64,000 nucleotides of DNA from Octopus vulgaris. Taxonomy: Eukaryota. The notes under the pieces are model-generated. The model saw only the letters and a program-made list of their open reading frames with translations, did not search any database and had not been told where the DNA came from. Positions 1-12,330 of this stretch are shown here, piece after piece (the stretch's first letter is position 1; every line of letters begins with the position of its first letter). The DNA lies in NCBI GenBank assembly GCA_951406725.2, contig OX597829.1, positions 43,524,001-43,588,000 of the forward strand, written 5' to 3'. The translations under genes and the position numbers were made by a program.

Positions 1-586
1 GCCTCTTGTGGTCTTCAAGGTTAAATATTATTGCCTGTTGGCAATTAGAACCGATCTTACATGAGAGGAGGGTGTGTGATAATTTCAAGAACCAAAAATT
101 AACATGTCATAAATGAAAAGAAAAGACACCATAAAGACAATAACCGGCATCCCTTCTGCAACCTTTTCTTTAGCTAACGAAATATTTAGACACACACACA
201 CACGCGCGCACGTACGCGCGCGTGTACGAATATGTATATATATATGAAGAAGTGTCTCATTTTAACAAGGATATGTAATTATGCATAAATAATTATTGAA
301 CATAGTCAATATACACATTTATATATTGTCTCTATATATATATAATAATTTCAAAGTGTTCCTTTGTGCATATTACTTCCCCATCATCTCCCACTCTATC
401 CTATTCCTCCCAACCTCCTCCTCACACTTCTTCTCTTTTCCCCCTCCTACTCTTCTGTTTTCTTCGTTTACATCTTTATTTTCTTGCAACACATCATCCC
501 ACACACTTCATTCAAAATTTACCGGCATTCATATTTTTCCTTTTACTTCTATTTGCATAATCTTCCTTCCCACACACACACACACA

Positions 587-652
<66 letters not shown>

Positions 653-718
653 TATATGACTTATGAATGTTATGGAATAAAGAAGGAACATCAGCGAACA
701 ACAATTTTGATATAAAGG

Positions 719-755
<37 letters not shown>

Positions 756-1025
756 GCATTGAATATAAAAGTATAATAAATATTATATAAATGAAAAAGA
801 AAAAAAAAATTATTCCCCGTTATATTAATAAAGAAATTAATTATAAGGCAACAAAGAAGTGTGCTGTTAATGATTTGAAACTGAAAATGAATCAAAGGAT
901 TAAAAATAAATGAATACAAAATTAAATAAACAAATAAAAAAATATGTGTGTATGAATATATATATACATATATATATATATATACATATATACATACATA
1001 TGCATATATATATTCTATGTGTTTG

Positions 1026-1067
<42 letters not shown>

Positions 1068-1096
1068 CATATGCATATATATATTCTATGTGTTTG

Positions 1097-1134
<38 letters not shown>

Positions 1135-1163
1135 CATATGCATATATATATTCTATGTGTTTG

Positions 1164-1202
<39 letters not shown>

Positions 1203-1234
1203 TTACATATGCATATATATATTTTATGTGTTTG

Positions 1235-1278
<44 letters not shown>

Positions 1279-1934
1279 TCATATATGAATTTCATATACT
1301 CATAGACTGACACGTACATACACACACACACACACGCACACACACACTCATATATTTCACTGAATAATAAAATTTGTTTTTATTTGAAAGAAGATTTTTT
1401 TTTTTCAATATTAAAGCTATTTAGTTTCAAGTAAGAGATTAAGAAGCAAGATTCAATGTAACAAATATGTTAAGAATTACTAATTAGGAGAGATGAATCG
1501 TGGTGGGTGAGTGGGCGGTTAGTTGGTAAGCAGGGTGGTAGGTTGTTGGTTGGTAGGTTGGTTTGTCGGTTGGTTGCTAGGTTGCTTGGCTGGTTTTCAC
1601 TGTAGAATATTTTCAACTATTGAATTAAATCGTCGTAAAATGATATTTCTATTACGACTGATGAACAATTAATTGGAGAAGTGAAAAACGTGCTAGCAAG
1701 TGGAAATGCAAAATGCTTGTTTGTGTGTGTGTGTGTATTGTGTGTGTGCGTGTTTGTAAGTGTGTGTGTGTGTGTGTGTCTATGTATTGTGTGGATATGA
1801 GTGCGTGGCTGTATAAATGTGCCTGTAGATTTATTTAATAAAATAAACGAGGCCAAATAGAATCAGTTCAAAGTATCTGACATACACGTCCACAAAATCA
1901 TGATTAGGGTAAAGATTATCAAAAATACATACAT

Positions 1935-2006
<72 letters not shown>

Positions 2007-2412
2007 GCAAAACGCTCCCCCGTCCAATGGACGGTGCTGAGTTGTCAAACATTTAAACCAAATTTTCTCAACACAACTTGTCCGACCGTCCCAAAGGCCT
2101 CTCCTTTGAGAAACACTGATTTAACCTAAATTTGAGACACCAGCAAAAAAGAAGAAATAAAGATAGACTTTTTTCTATTCCAAGAAAAAGGATTTTACAG
2201 ATGCACGTTCCCACGGCTTTATCGATCACATTCTCACCTGGAATCGATTTTTGGTGTTTTTTTTCAAGACTTATACACGTGTCCTGATACCGTCGGTATC
2301 TACATATCAAATTTGAGCGCAACAAGATGGAGGATGCCCGAGATCCTAGAAGACACATAGTGTGCTTTCTAATGTTCCTTTTCGAGTTTCAGTTGCTGAC
2401 TAAGCTTTTCAC

Positions 2413-2547
2413 TGTATTCTCCTGAAGAGATGCATGTGGTACTGCTACTGAATGATATTATCGCAATGTTACTTGTAATATATGCAACATTCAGTGGCGA
2501 ACAGGTGGTAATGATCCGTTGAAACAATTGTTGAGCTACACAATAAA
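2413..2547 (+). ncRNA. Type I hammerhead ribozyme motif (Penelope-LTR type) with enlarged stem II
   Basis: Stem I CTC (2419-21)/GAG (2533-35) extended by TGTA/TACA; CUGAAGA 2422-2428; stem II base GATG/CGTT; GAAAC 2521-2525; palindromic loop AATT; GUU triplet 2530-2532; AATAAA 2542-2547. Confidence 0.65.
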
Positions 2548-2672
2548 CCCTGTTCAATCCATTTTCTCGTATTAATATTATGTATACATATATTTTTTCT
2601 ATCCATCTACCCATCTCTGTATGTATATATATATATATGTGTGTGTTTGTGTGTATATATGGATATATATAC

Positions 2673-2706
<34 letters not shown>

Positions 2707-2747
2707 ATATATACATATATATATATATCAATATATACTATATAAAC

Positions 2748-2806
<59 letters not shown>

Positions 2807-2862
2807 AACATATATACATATATACATACATATATATATAATCAATATATACTTATATAAAC

Positions 2863-2912
<50 letters not shown>

Positions 2913-4479
2913 ATGTATTGATAGAAAAATTGATAGACAGACAAATAGATAGATAGAAAATTATATGACTCAACATAAATATGGAGATCTATCTGTCTGG
3001 TTGTCTGTCTATCCAGCTATCTATATCTCTGTATGTATGTATCTATCAATCTATCTATTTGTATATAGATAGATAGAAAGAGAGTAGGGAATAAAGATAA
3101 ATATGTAGATAGAGAGACACAGACAAAGAAACGTAGTGATGTAGATATATGCACGCACGTACATGTGTATACATGCATGTGTGTGTGTGTGTCTGTGTAT
3201 ATCTGAGTGTGCGTGTGAGTGTATGCGTATGGGTGCGTGTGTGGTGTGTGTGTGTGTGCGTGCATACGATTTATTTCTAGATAGTTTCATTCAAACGTGC
3301 ATTGCTGAAATATTTCCTGCTCTACAAAATCGATACCTTAATTTTCCAGTGTTATGACAAACGAAGGGACCAGTCACGATTTTACGTCATCGAAACTTTT
3401 TAACTCATATCTGTGTATATTAAGTAGACCGTGAACCATTCGAAACTATAGTTTGATCCATGGAATACTAAATAAATAAACGATCCTACACAAGGACAGA
3501 CGTTTAGGCCAATCAAAAAAAATATATTATAATAATAATCCGCAGATTGCGGATTGCCTTGGCAACCGAGACAGTTGCTTACCTCAAATCCTCGGTCTAC
3601 ATATGATTATGGATGTGAGTGCATTAGCAATGGCTGCCGTTCTCACTTCCTCTTTCTCAGCTTCGAATTATATTTGTTGGAGGGATATACATATCTTCTT
3701 TCTACACTCACTCACCTTCTTCTTCAAGGAAAACTTAAATGACGCTGTACATGAGGATGTTAATGATGATTATGATAATGACATTAGTGAAGATAAATGA
3801 TAATAATAATGATTTCAAAGGTGGAGAAAATGTAAACACATGAACTGCAATACCTCTATACGAAAACTGAAAACCTGTGACCGAAACTTTAATCACAAAT
3901 GCTTCCATCCATATCTAAACAAATGCTCTATGTATATGCTCATTTCTGTTTCTCCTCGGTCTCTTGCGTATACATCAGTAATGAATATGAATACGAAAGA
4001 AACATTAACACATGTCCATGCGCGGTGTTCTGTCAAAAAGTAAACGCTGTAAAGACGGACTTATAACAAGTCCAAAAAAGAAACGATGGACGGATAATTA
4101 AGAATGCGATGAAAGAGTTGATTTATGATTTACACACATTACTATGCAACACTCTTCTAAAGCATACAGGAATAAACTAATACAGTAAATACCCAACAAA
4201 ATGAACAAACCCCACAATACGAGACATAGAAGTTCGATACCCAATATAACCTACACTGTACAAACTACACACAATACAAAAGCTAATACAACAGAAGACT
4301 CAAACCAAACCCCATAGCAAAACATATTGATGCAATACAGTTTTCCCCAAAGACAAAAATGAGGTACACACAACACCAGCACAAAATTGCTGCAAGCGAT
4401 GCAATGGAAAGTTACTTGAAACTATCAAATGTCGAATAATAATAGTAGTGATGACGATGGTGACGAACGTTGCCTTACC

Positions 4480-5655
4480 TCAATAAATAAGCGACAAGTT
4501 TGCGTATAAACTCAGATTGTAACAGCGAACATATGGTTAGACATTTAATGGAAGGTCTCTTGCTCGGAAGTGGTTCAATATAGATGGAGACTGACCGCAG
4601 CTGTTATCCTAAGACAATATCAGCAGATAATAGAGTAAAGAGGAGGAAGTAGACCTGTGAAGAAAACAGGATAGTGGTGCGATGATACTTAGAAAGTGAA
4701 CCTAAAAGAAGAGGTTTTAGAAAACGGATGTAGAAAGGGTATGTTTAAAGTGACTGAGCAGAGTTTATAAGCAAATAAATAGTGGAGAAGAAAGTACTGA
4801 AAATGAGAAACCTACTGCAAAAATAGCTAAAAAGTTCTAATTTAATATTTGGGATAAGCTAATCAATCATAATGGTGATGAAGTATGGTTAATGAAAGCG
4901 AGGGAAGAGGTACTGAGAAGCAGCCTGATGTAAGACTAACTAGTATATTAATGAGTAAAGTGTTAGGAAAAATGCCAAAATGGCAGGCCCCAGGACCAGA
5001 TTTAGATCGAGGGTACTAGTTAAAGAAATTTTGTAGTCTACATGGGTGGCACAGGGAACATCTTCAAGATTGCCTTAATGAAGGAATAAAACCAGATTGT
5101 ATGAGTCCCTACAATATTCCCTATGAAAGACAAAGGTAAGGGTAATATAGCCAGCAATTATAGACTAATCACTTGCTTACCATTAGTGTGGAAGCTGTTA
5201 ACAGGGATGCTTTCAGAAAGCATTTATGAGAACCTTGACAAACAAGAATTTACTGCCAGAAAAACAGAATGAGCAAGTATAAAGATCTTGAAATAGAAAT
5301 TAGCAAAATGTGGAACCTGAAGACTAAAACAATACTTGGAATGGTAGCAAAAGGGGCTGATTGCTACCTAACTCAGATACCAGGAAACCCCAAAATGGCT
5401 GAAATTCAAAAGATAGTGCTCATGGGAACTGCCCATATCCTACGCAAAATACTTTCTATGTAATCTCAAGTTTTAAAACAAACCATAATTTTCTTATGGT
5501 TTCTTAAACATTCTCTAGAACAATACTATGTACAAAACTAAATATATGGCACCCTAGGCATAACACCAACATAAACTTATATTATGTTGTCTCTTGAGGT
5601 CCTTGGGTGAGACTTGGAGCCAATTTGTACAAATACAGAGCAAAAGTCAAACATA
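4480..5655 (+). mobile_element. Decayed, internally deleted R4/Dong-like (RLE-endonuclease) non-LTR retrotransposon
   Basis: About 4968-5250 reads KMPKWQAPGPDLDRGY*LKKFCSLH...KDKGKGNIASNYRLITCLPLVWKLLTG (pre-RT/RT start). It joins directly to SKYKDLEIEISKMWNLKTK...AEIQKIVLMGTAHILRKILSM* (5269-5463, RLE C-terminus), then a 3' UTR and an (AAT)n/(AGT)n tail. Confidence 0.8.
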
Positions 5656-5728
5656 AAATAATAATAATAATAATAATAAAAATAAAGTAGTAGTAGTAGT
5701 AGTAGTAGTAGCAGTAGTAGTAGTAGTA

Positions 5729-5764
<36 letters not shown>

Positions 5765-5923
5765 TTGTCATAGTACCAACATGACCATATTGGCTACAAG
5801 CAGCCTTCAACTTGAACCCAAATCTGTAAACTTGACAAGAATTCTCCCATTGGGCCAAAATAACATTTAAGTGAAATGACGGTGGTGGCAGTGGTAATAT
5901 TGCTGCTGATGATAATGATGATA

Positions 5924-5956
<33 letters not shown>

Positions 5957-6295
5957 GGGATGATGACGGTGACGATGATAATGATGATGATGACTTTCCC
6001 GAAAGTTAGTTCATAGTGCTAGCCGTCTTTGAGAGGAGTAGGTTTAACAATGCCATTCCCCCCTCACCCCCACCCAGTACCTTAAATTGATATTATCGGC
6101 CTCGAAAGAATGGAAAGTTTAAACTCCACAAGGTCACACAAATTATGTGGGTGGTAGAATCGATTAAAATGATATTTGCACTTGATTGATCCAACCGAAC
6201 AGAGAGAAAGGAGAAAAGTACAATCCACGGAAAGAATTTGATGAGTTCGTAGATATTTATAGAGAGACCAAATCGCAGAGGGAGAAAGAGAGAGA

Positions 6296-6344
<49 letters not shown>

Positions 6345-6545
6345 TTAGAAATATGGACAGGTGATCAGATGCATCCAACTATGTAGCACGTTTGAAAAAA
6401 ATGTAATGAATAGGATAGGATACAATGTAATAGATAAGTAAATGGATGGATAGATAGATAGACAGATAGATAGATAGATAGGTAGATAGATAGGTAGACA
6501 GATAGGTAGATAGATAGACAGGTAGGTAGGTATGTTGGTAGATAA

Positions 6546-6577
<32 letters not shown>

Positions 6578-6742
6578 GTAGACAGATAGATAGATAGATA
6601 GACAGGTAGGTAGATAGATAGACAGGTAGGTAGGTATGTTGGTAGATAAATAGATAGATAGGTAGATGATAGACAGGTAGATAAATAGATAGGTAGGTAG
6701 ATGATAGACAGGTAGATAAATAGATAGGTAGATATATAGATG

Positions 6743-6780
<38 letters not shown>

Positions 6781-6826
6781 TGTATAGTTAGTGTGATTGA
6801 TTAATTGATATAGATAGACAGAGAAA

Positions 6827-6866
<40 letters not shown>

Positions 6867-7491
6867 CAATGGACAGATAATTCTATAAGGTAGGTAGGTT
6901 AGGGTGGTAGGCAGATAGGTAGGTAGATAGGTAGGTAAGTAGGTAGGTATAGTCAGAAATAGACGATTGGGCATGTAAAGTAGATAGCAGATAGCTTAAT
7001 AAATGTATTGCTAAACGTATCGATTGACTTGACTGATTCTTTTATTGATTGATATCTGGTAGGCATATATAATAATGCAGCAGAGTGTGTGAGTGGACGA
7101 GGTGAAGGTCATTTTTCTATCTCAAATAAACAGACAGTGGATTTGTTACACTTGAAATGATCAAATACCAACAGGTGTTATGATTGCTTAGTTCAGCACA
7201 GTGCACTACATTTAAAATTTTGTGTGAAAGTGAGTGGCGTGTAAGAATGTATCAGGGGGGTGGTGGTGGTAAAACTTTGCTTTTACTAACAATACACCAA
7301 CTGTCAGTTAGTTAGATACGGCTACATAAATGACTATATTATGGTAGCTAGCTTCTCACAGCTTGATTTTTTTGTCTCTCAGGATGCTGTTGCTGCTACT
7401 ACTACTGCTGCTACTACTACTGTTGTTGTTAGTGGTGTTGTTGTTGGTGGTAGTGTTGGTGGTGTTGGTGTTGGGGGTATTTTTGTTACCG

Positions 7492-7910
7492 AAGGCGGCG
7501 AGCTGGCAGAATCGTTAGCACACCGGGTGAAATGCGTAACCGTATTTCGTCTGCCTCTACGTTCTGAGTTCAAATTCCGCCGAGGTCGACTTTGCCTTTC
7601 ATCCTTTCGGGGGTCGATAAATTAAGTACCAGTTACGCCCTGGGGTCGATGTAATCGACTTAATACCTATGTCTGTCCTTGTTTGTTCCCTCTGTGTTTA
7701 GCCCCTTGTGGGTAATAAAGAAATAGGTATTTTGTCTGCCGTTACGTTCTGAGTTCAAATTCCGCCGAGTTCGTCTTTGCCTTTCATCCTTTCGGGGGTC
7801 GATAAATTAACTACCAGTTACGCCCTGGGGTCGATGTAATCGACTTAATCCGTTTGTCTGTCCTTGTTTGTCATCTCTGTGTTTAGCCCCTTGTGGGTAG
7901 TAAAGAAATA
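7492..7910 (+). mobile_element. tRNA-derived SINE family A (Nin/Deu-like central domain), internally duplicated copy
   Basis: GGCGGCGAGCTGGCAGAATCGTTAG head, GTTCAAATTCC B-box-like motif, GACTTTGCCTTTCATCCTTTCGGGGTCGATAAA domain present twice. 16-bp TSD GGTATTTTTG(T/C)TACCG at 7476-7491 and 7911-7926. Confidence 0.9.
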
Positions 7911-8084
7911 GGTATTTTTGCTACCGTTTTATCGTTTATGTTGTCATTCATAATACGGTCTCTGCTGTTGTTGTTCTTGTTGTAGTTGTTTGCATGTGGC
8001 TGCTTAGCCATTCACAGGTAGGTAGGTTTTGACAGAGCAAACTTTTACCACTATCATTATCATCGACATTAGCAGTATTAAACC

Positions 8085-8300
8085 AGCGAGTTGGCAGAAT
8101 CGTTAGCACGCCGGAAAAAATACTCAGCGGCATTTAATCCTTTTCCATACCCTTGAGTTCAAATTCCACCGAGGTCTGCTTTGCCCTTCATCCTTACAGC
8201 GTCAATGAAATAAATACCTGTTAAGCACTGGGGTCGATGTAATCGGCGTACTCCCTCTCCCCTAATCTCAGGACTTGTTCCTATAGTAGAAAGGGACATT
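8085..8300 (+). mobile_element. SINE family A, diverged copy
   Basis: GCGAGTTGGCAGAATCGTTAGCACG...GAGTTCAAATTCCACCGAGGTC...GGGGTCGATGTAATC. Confidence 0.8.
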
Positions 8301-8304
8301 AATA

Positions 8305-8730
8305 TACTTTTCTATTCTAGGCACAAGGCCCGAAATTTTAGGGGATGGGATCTGTCAATTAGATCGACTCCAGTACACAACTGGTACTTAATTTATCGAC
8401 CCCGAAAGGATGAAGGGCAAAGTCGACCTCGGCGGAATTTGAATTCAGAATGTAAAGACAGACAAAATACCTATTTCTTTACTACCCACAAGGGGATAAA
8501 CACAGAGAGGACAAACACGGACAGACAAACGGATTAAGTCGATTATATCGACCCCAGTGCGTAACTGGTACTTAATTTATCGACACCGAAAGGATGAAAG
8601 GCAAAGTCGACCTCGGCGGAATTTGAACTCAGAACGTAGCGGCAGACGAAATACCGCTAAGTAATCGACTTAATCCCTTTGTCTGTCCTTGTTTGTCCTC
8701 TCTATGTTTAGCCCCAATAAAGAAATAAAT
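8305..8730 (-). mobile_element. SINE family A, tandem/composite copies
   Basis: Two reverse-complement bodies (CGAAAGGATGAA(A/G)GGCAAAGTCGACCTCGGCGGAATTTGAA at about 8403 and 8587), then a short plus-strand tail piece at about 8660-8730. Confidence 0.85.
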
Positions 8731-8741
8731 ATGATATGATA

Positions 8742-8795
<54 letters not shown>

Positions 8796-9006
8796 CTCGC
8801 GCGTGCGTGTGTATATGTGTACGCGCGCTAGTAATAGTTTCATACGCTGAAAGCGTACGAAACAATATTTTTAAACACGTCTGGTTTCCTAGCACAGTCA
8901 TCAGACCTAATGATTGTGCTAGGACACGAGACGTGTTCAAAAAATACTCTCTGCCATGCTCGCAGCACATGAAACTCATAGCGGCACCAACAACATATAC
9001 TGTGTT

Positions 9007-9059
<53 letters not shown>

Positions 9060-9079
9060 TGTATGTATGTATATATTGT

Positions 9080-9512
9080 TAGCCACCCTCACTGCTTCGG
9101 TGAGCGAGAGTTCAGTAGAACACAACTGTGCATAGTTCGATGTCGTGTCGTGTCGTCTCATATAGGAATTTGAATCTATCTGGGATTTGCAGATCCTGTT
9201 GGAGACGTAGCATTGATGGCATCCATTTTATGAATACAGATCGGAGCTGACTTTACGCTGGGATCTTTCTCCTTCAGTTTGTCGACCCTGGTTGCCTTCC
9301 TCTAAACCTTAGATATTGATTGGTAGCTGGGATTCTTAGTTGGTTTTGATTCGTATGTCTTTGGTTCATCTCACAGATTTTCAAGCAGGTTCTTTTAACG
9401 GAATTGTGGCCGGCCTTGGTACTCTGCACGAAAGCTAAGTTCCACAGATTTTCTGTGCGCATTTCACAAAAATAATAGTTCCCTTATGCAGATTGGTACA
9501 TTTGGGATGCTT
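9080..9512 (-). mobile_element. Probable RTE-clade LINE 3' remnant
   Basis: Minus strand gives degenerate GRPQFR*KNLL (cf. GRPxxRxKDxxK) and NRICKSQID..SYMRRH (cf. the C-terminal CxRxCxSxIGLxSHxRxH of RTE ORFs). Many stops and frameshifts. Confidence 0.5.
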
Positions 9513-9523
9513 AGAAAAAAATC

Positions 9524-9565
<42 letters not shown>

Positions 9566-9595
9566 CAGCAGCAGGAGTAGGAGTAGGAGTAGTAG

Positions 9596-9629
<34 letters not shown>

Positions 9630-10360
9630 AATAATAGTAATAATAATAAGAAGAAGAAGAAGAAGAAGAAGAAAAGAAGGAAGAGGAAGGAGAGGAAGAA
9701 GATGATCTCTTTTATTTGCCATCAGGGCGATGGATGTGGGGAGTGACAATACAAAAGACAGACTTGGAATTGTTTTAAATAGGCATTTACTGCTTCTTGG
9801 TGGTTGTTGTCATGTCTTCGGCGGTTATTCTGATAGGTCGAGAGGCGTTGTTGCGTCAATAACTTTCTATGACAGGCTCCAAATCGGCAATTATTCAATG
9901 GTTCTAATGTTTAGATGCTGGATATAAAGTTAATCGATGGACCGCTCCTTTCAGCTGACTTGCAATCCGACATATTTCATTAATTGGCTCTTACCGGCTG
10001 ATGTGCGGCGGCTCAGTCGGATCAGGCTATTTTGCTTAGTAATCTTCCTCCCTCTCAATCATTCATTAATTCATTCGTTCATTCCTTTCCTTTCCTCTTT
10101 TTTTCTCTTCTTTCTTACTTTCATTTTTATTTCTATCAGGCTTTAATTCTTTTTTTTTTTTTTTTTTTTTACTTTCATAGTATTCTTGATCTCTGACAGG
10201 AATATCTATCTGTCTGTCTAAATATCGAGTATATCTATCAGTCTATCTAAACACATGAGCACACACACTTTTCTCGATATCTCAGTCTATGTATCGATGT
10301 TATCAATATGTGTGTGTGTGCGTGTGTTTGTATTGTGCTGTTAGTGAGTGTGAATATCTA

Positions 10361-10415
<55 letters not shown>

Positions 10416-10469
10416 AATTTATCTCTCTCTCTCTCTCTCTCTCTATTTCTATATATATATATATACGCG

Positions 10470-10501
<32 letters not shown>

Positions 10502-10544
10502 CGTATATATCTATATCTTATATATATATATATATATATCATAC

Positions 10545-10581
<37 letters not shown>

Positions 10582-10788
10582 CAAATATATATACATACAT
10601 ATTTACATATATACACCTAAACATACATGGGTGTGTGTGCATGTTTGTGTGTGTACGTGCAAACGCGCGGGTGTGTGTGTGTATTGATATTATGGGCATG
10701 TATATATTTATATATATATATATATGTATGTATGTATGTATGTATATATGTATGTATGTATGTATATGTATGTATGTATGTATGTATG

Positions 10789-10840
<52 letters not shown>

Positions 10841-11525
10841 TGTATGTATGTATGTAGATAGACAGACAAGCAAACAGGCAGAAAGATAGACAGACAGATA
10901 GACAGACAGACAGATAGACAGATAGATAGACAGATAGATAGCTAGATATATATACATACACATACGTATGTATATACGTATATATATTTTTGCGTTGGAT
11001 GGTGTATTAATTTAAAATTTATATCTAATACATCTGGTCCGTTATGTAATACATATATAAATGGTTATAAACGTGTTCTCATCCAGTTACATAAGTCACA
11101 AGCGTATTGTATAGCCACAGGAAAAATGTCGCCAACAATTTCTATTTACCAGATTCTCGCCACATCCAAGCAAGCCTCTTCCGTTCACACACACATACAC
11201 AGATACGCACGCACGCACGTACACTCAAACACGCACACGTACGCATACCAACGCGGATATACGCTTAACAGACTCTCAGTCGCCCGGACGTGCTCATAGA
11301 GAAATTATGTTAATTTGCGCGAGTTAGTTACTCCTAGAATCATACGGAATATCAATATTAGTAGAATAAAGTGCTATCAACATCAATATCAGCATAAGAA
11401 GGACCAATATACCAATTATACACATAAACGCGTATATATATGACTATATGTGTGTATGTGTGGGTATGTGTATGTGTCTGCGTGTGTGTATGAATCTGTG
11501 AGTGTTAGTGTAATTATATACACAA

Positions 11526-11578
<53 letters not shown>

Positions 11579-11619
11579 TTTGAAAGATGGAAGATGGAAT
11601 ATACGAGAATTTATTATTA

Positions 11620-11725
11620 ATCACAATAATTGTTTCGACACATCTAGCATCGATTCCTCATGGGTGGGACACTCAACATCTGGTTCAGGAGCATCCGGTG
11701 GTGCAGAAGTATCTCATCGGGTGAT
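11620..11725 (-). ncRNA. Degenerate type I hammerhead motif, same architecture as 2413-2547
   Basis: Minus strand: ATCAC-CCGATGA-GATAC...GTGTC-GAAAC-AATT-ATT-GTGAT. Perfect 5-bp stem I and 5-bp stem II base; two substitutions against consensus. Confidence 0.55.
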
Positions 11726-11995
11726 AAATACACCTGTATGTATATATGTATGTATATACAATATATATGTATGTTTCTATCTATCCGCTCAGTCGAAGTC
11801 GACTCTACGGAACCAGCATAATGCGGCGTGAGTAAACCAGTATAAGCTGTCTGGCCCCGCTGCTGATATCGGGGTTTGCGTTCTACGCCTTGACCCGAGC
11901 ATAGAACGAGGCTCGCCTCTTTGAGCTGGGAAATGAATAGAATGCCTGGTACGTATCTTGTGGCTATCCCCTCCTAGAATGGGGAATAGGCCTGG

Positions 11996-12052
<57 letters not shown>

Positions 12053-12330
12053 CACCGTGATCACCATGACCGACCAGGCTATCAGATGTTGCTACACATC
12101 GCTGGTCACAATGCACTTCGCATTGTTTTAGCCTTCAAATGACGCCACACCGCTGGTTAAGCGAGCAGGCCGACAGAAGAAAGAGTGAGAGAAAGTTGTG
12201 GCGAAAGAGAACAGCAGGGTTCGCCACCGGAGCCTCGTGGAGCTTCAGGTGTTTTCGCTCAATAGACACTCACAATCGAAACCGCGATCCTACGACCGCG
12301 AGTCCGCTGCCCTAACCACTGGGCCATTGC
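12053..12330 (-). mobile_element. tRNA(Arg)-like SINE family C (octopus OR-type), tail variant 1
   Basis: Minus strand GCAATGGCCCAGTGGTTAGGGCAGCGGACTCGCGGTCGTAGGATCGCGGTTTCGATT. Shares head and middle with 51512-51894 but has a different 3' tail. Confidence 0.85.

Noticed and set aside
990-1270. CRISPR-like repeat-spacer pattern (constant unit of about 35 bp, four times)
   Set aside because: The spacers are just variable (TA)n, the context is eukaryotic, and there are no cas genes. It is a tandem duplication.
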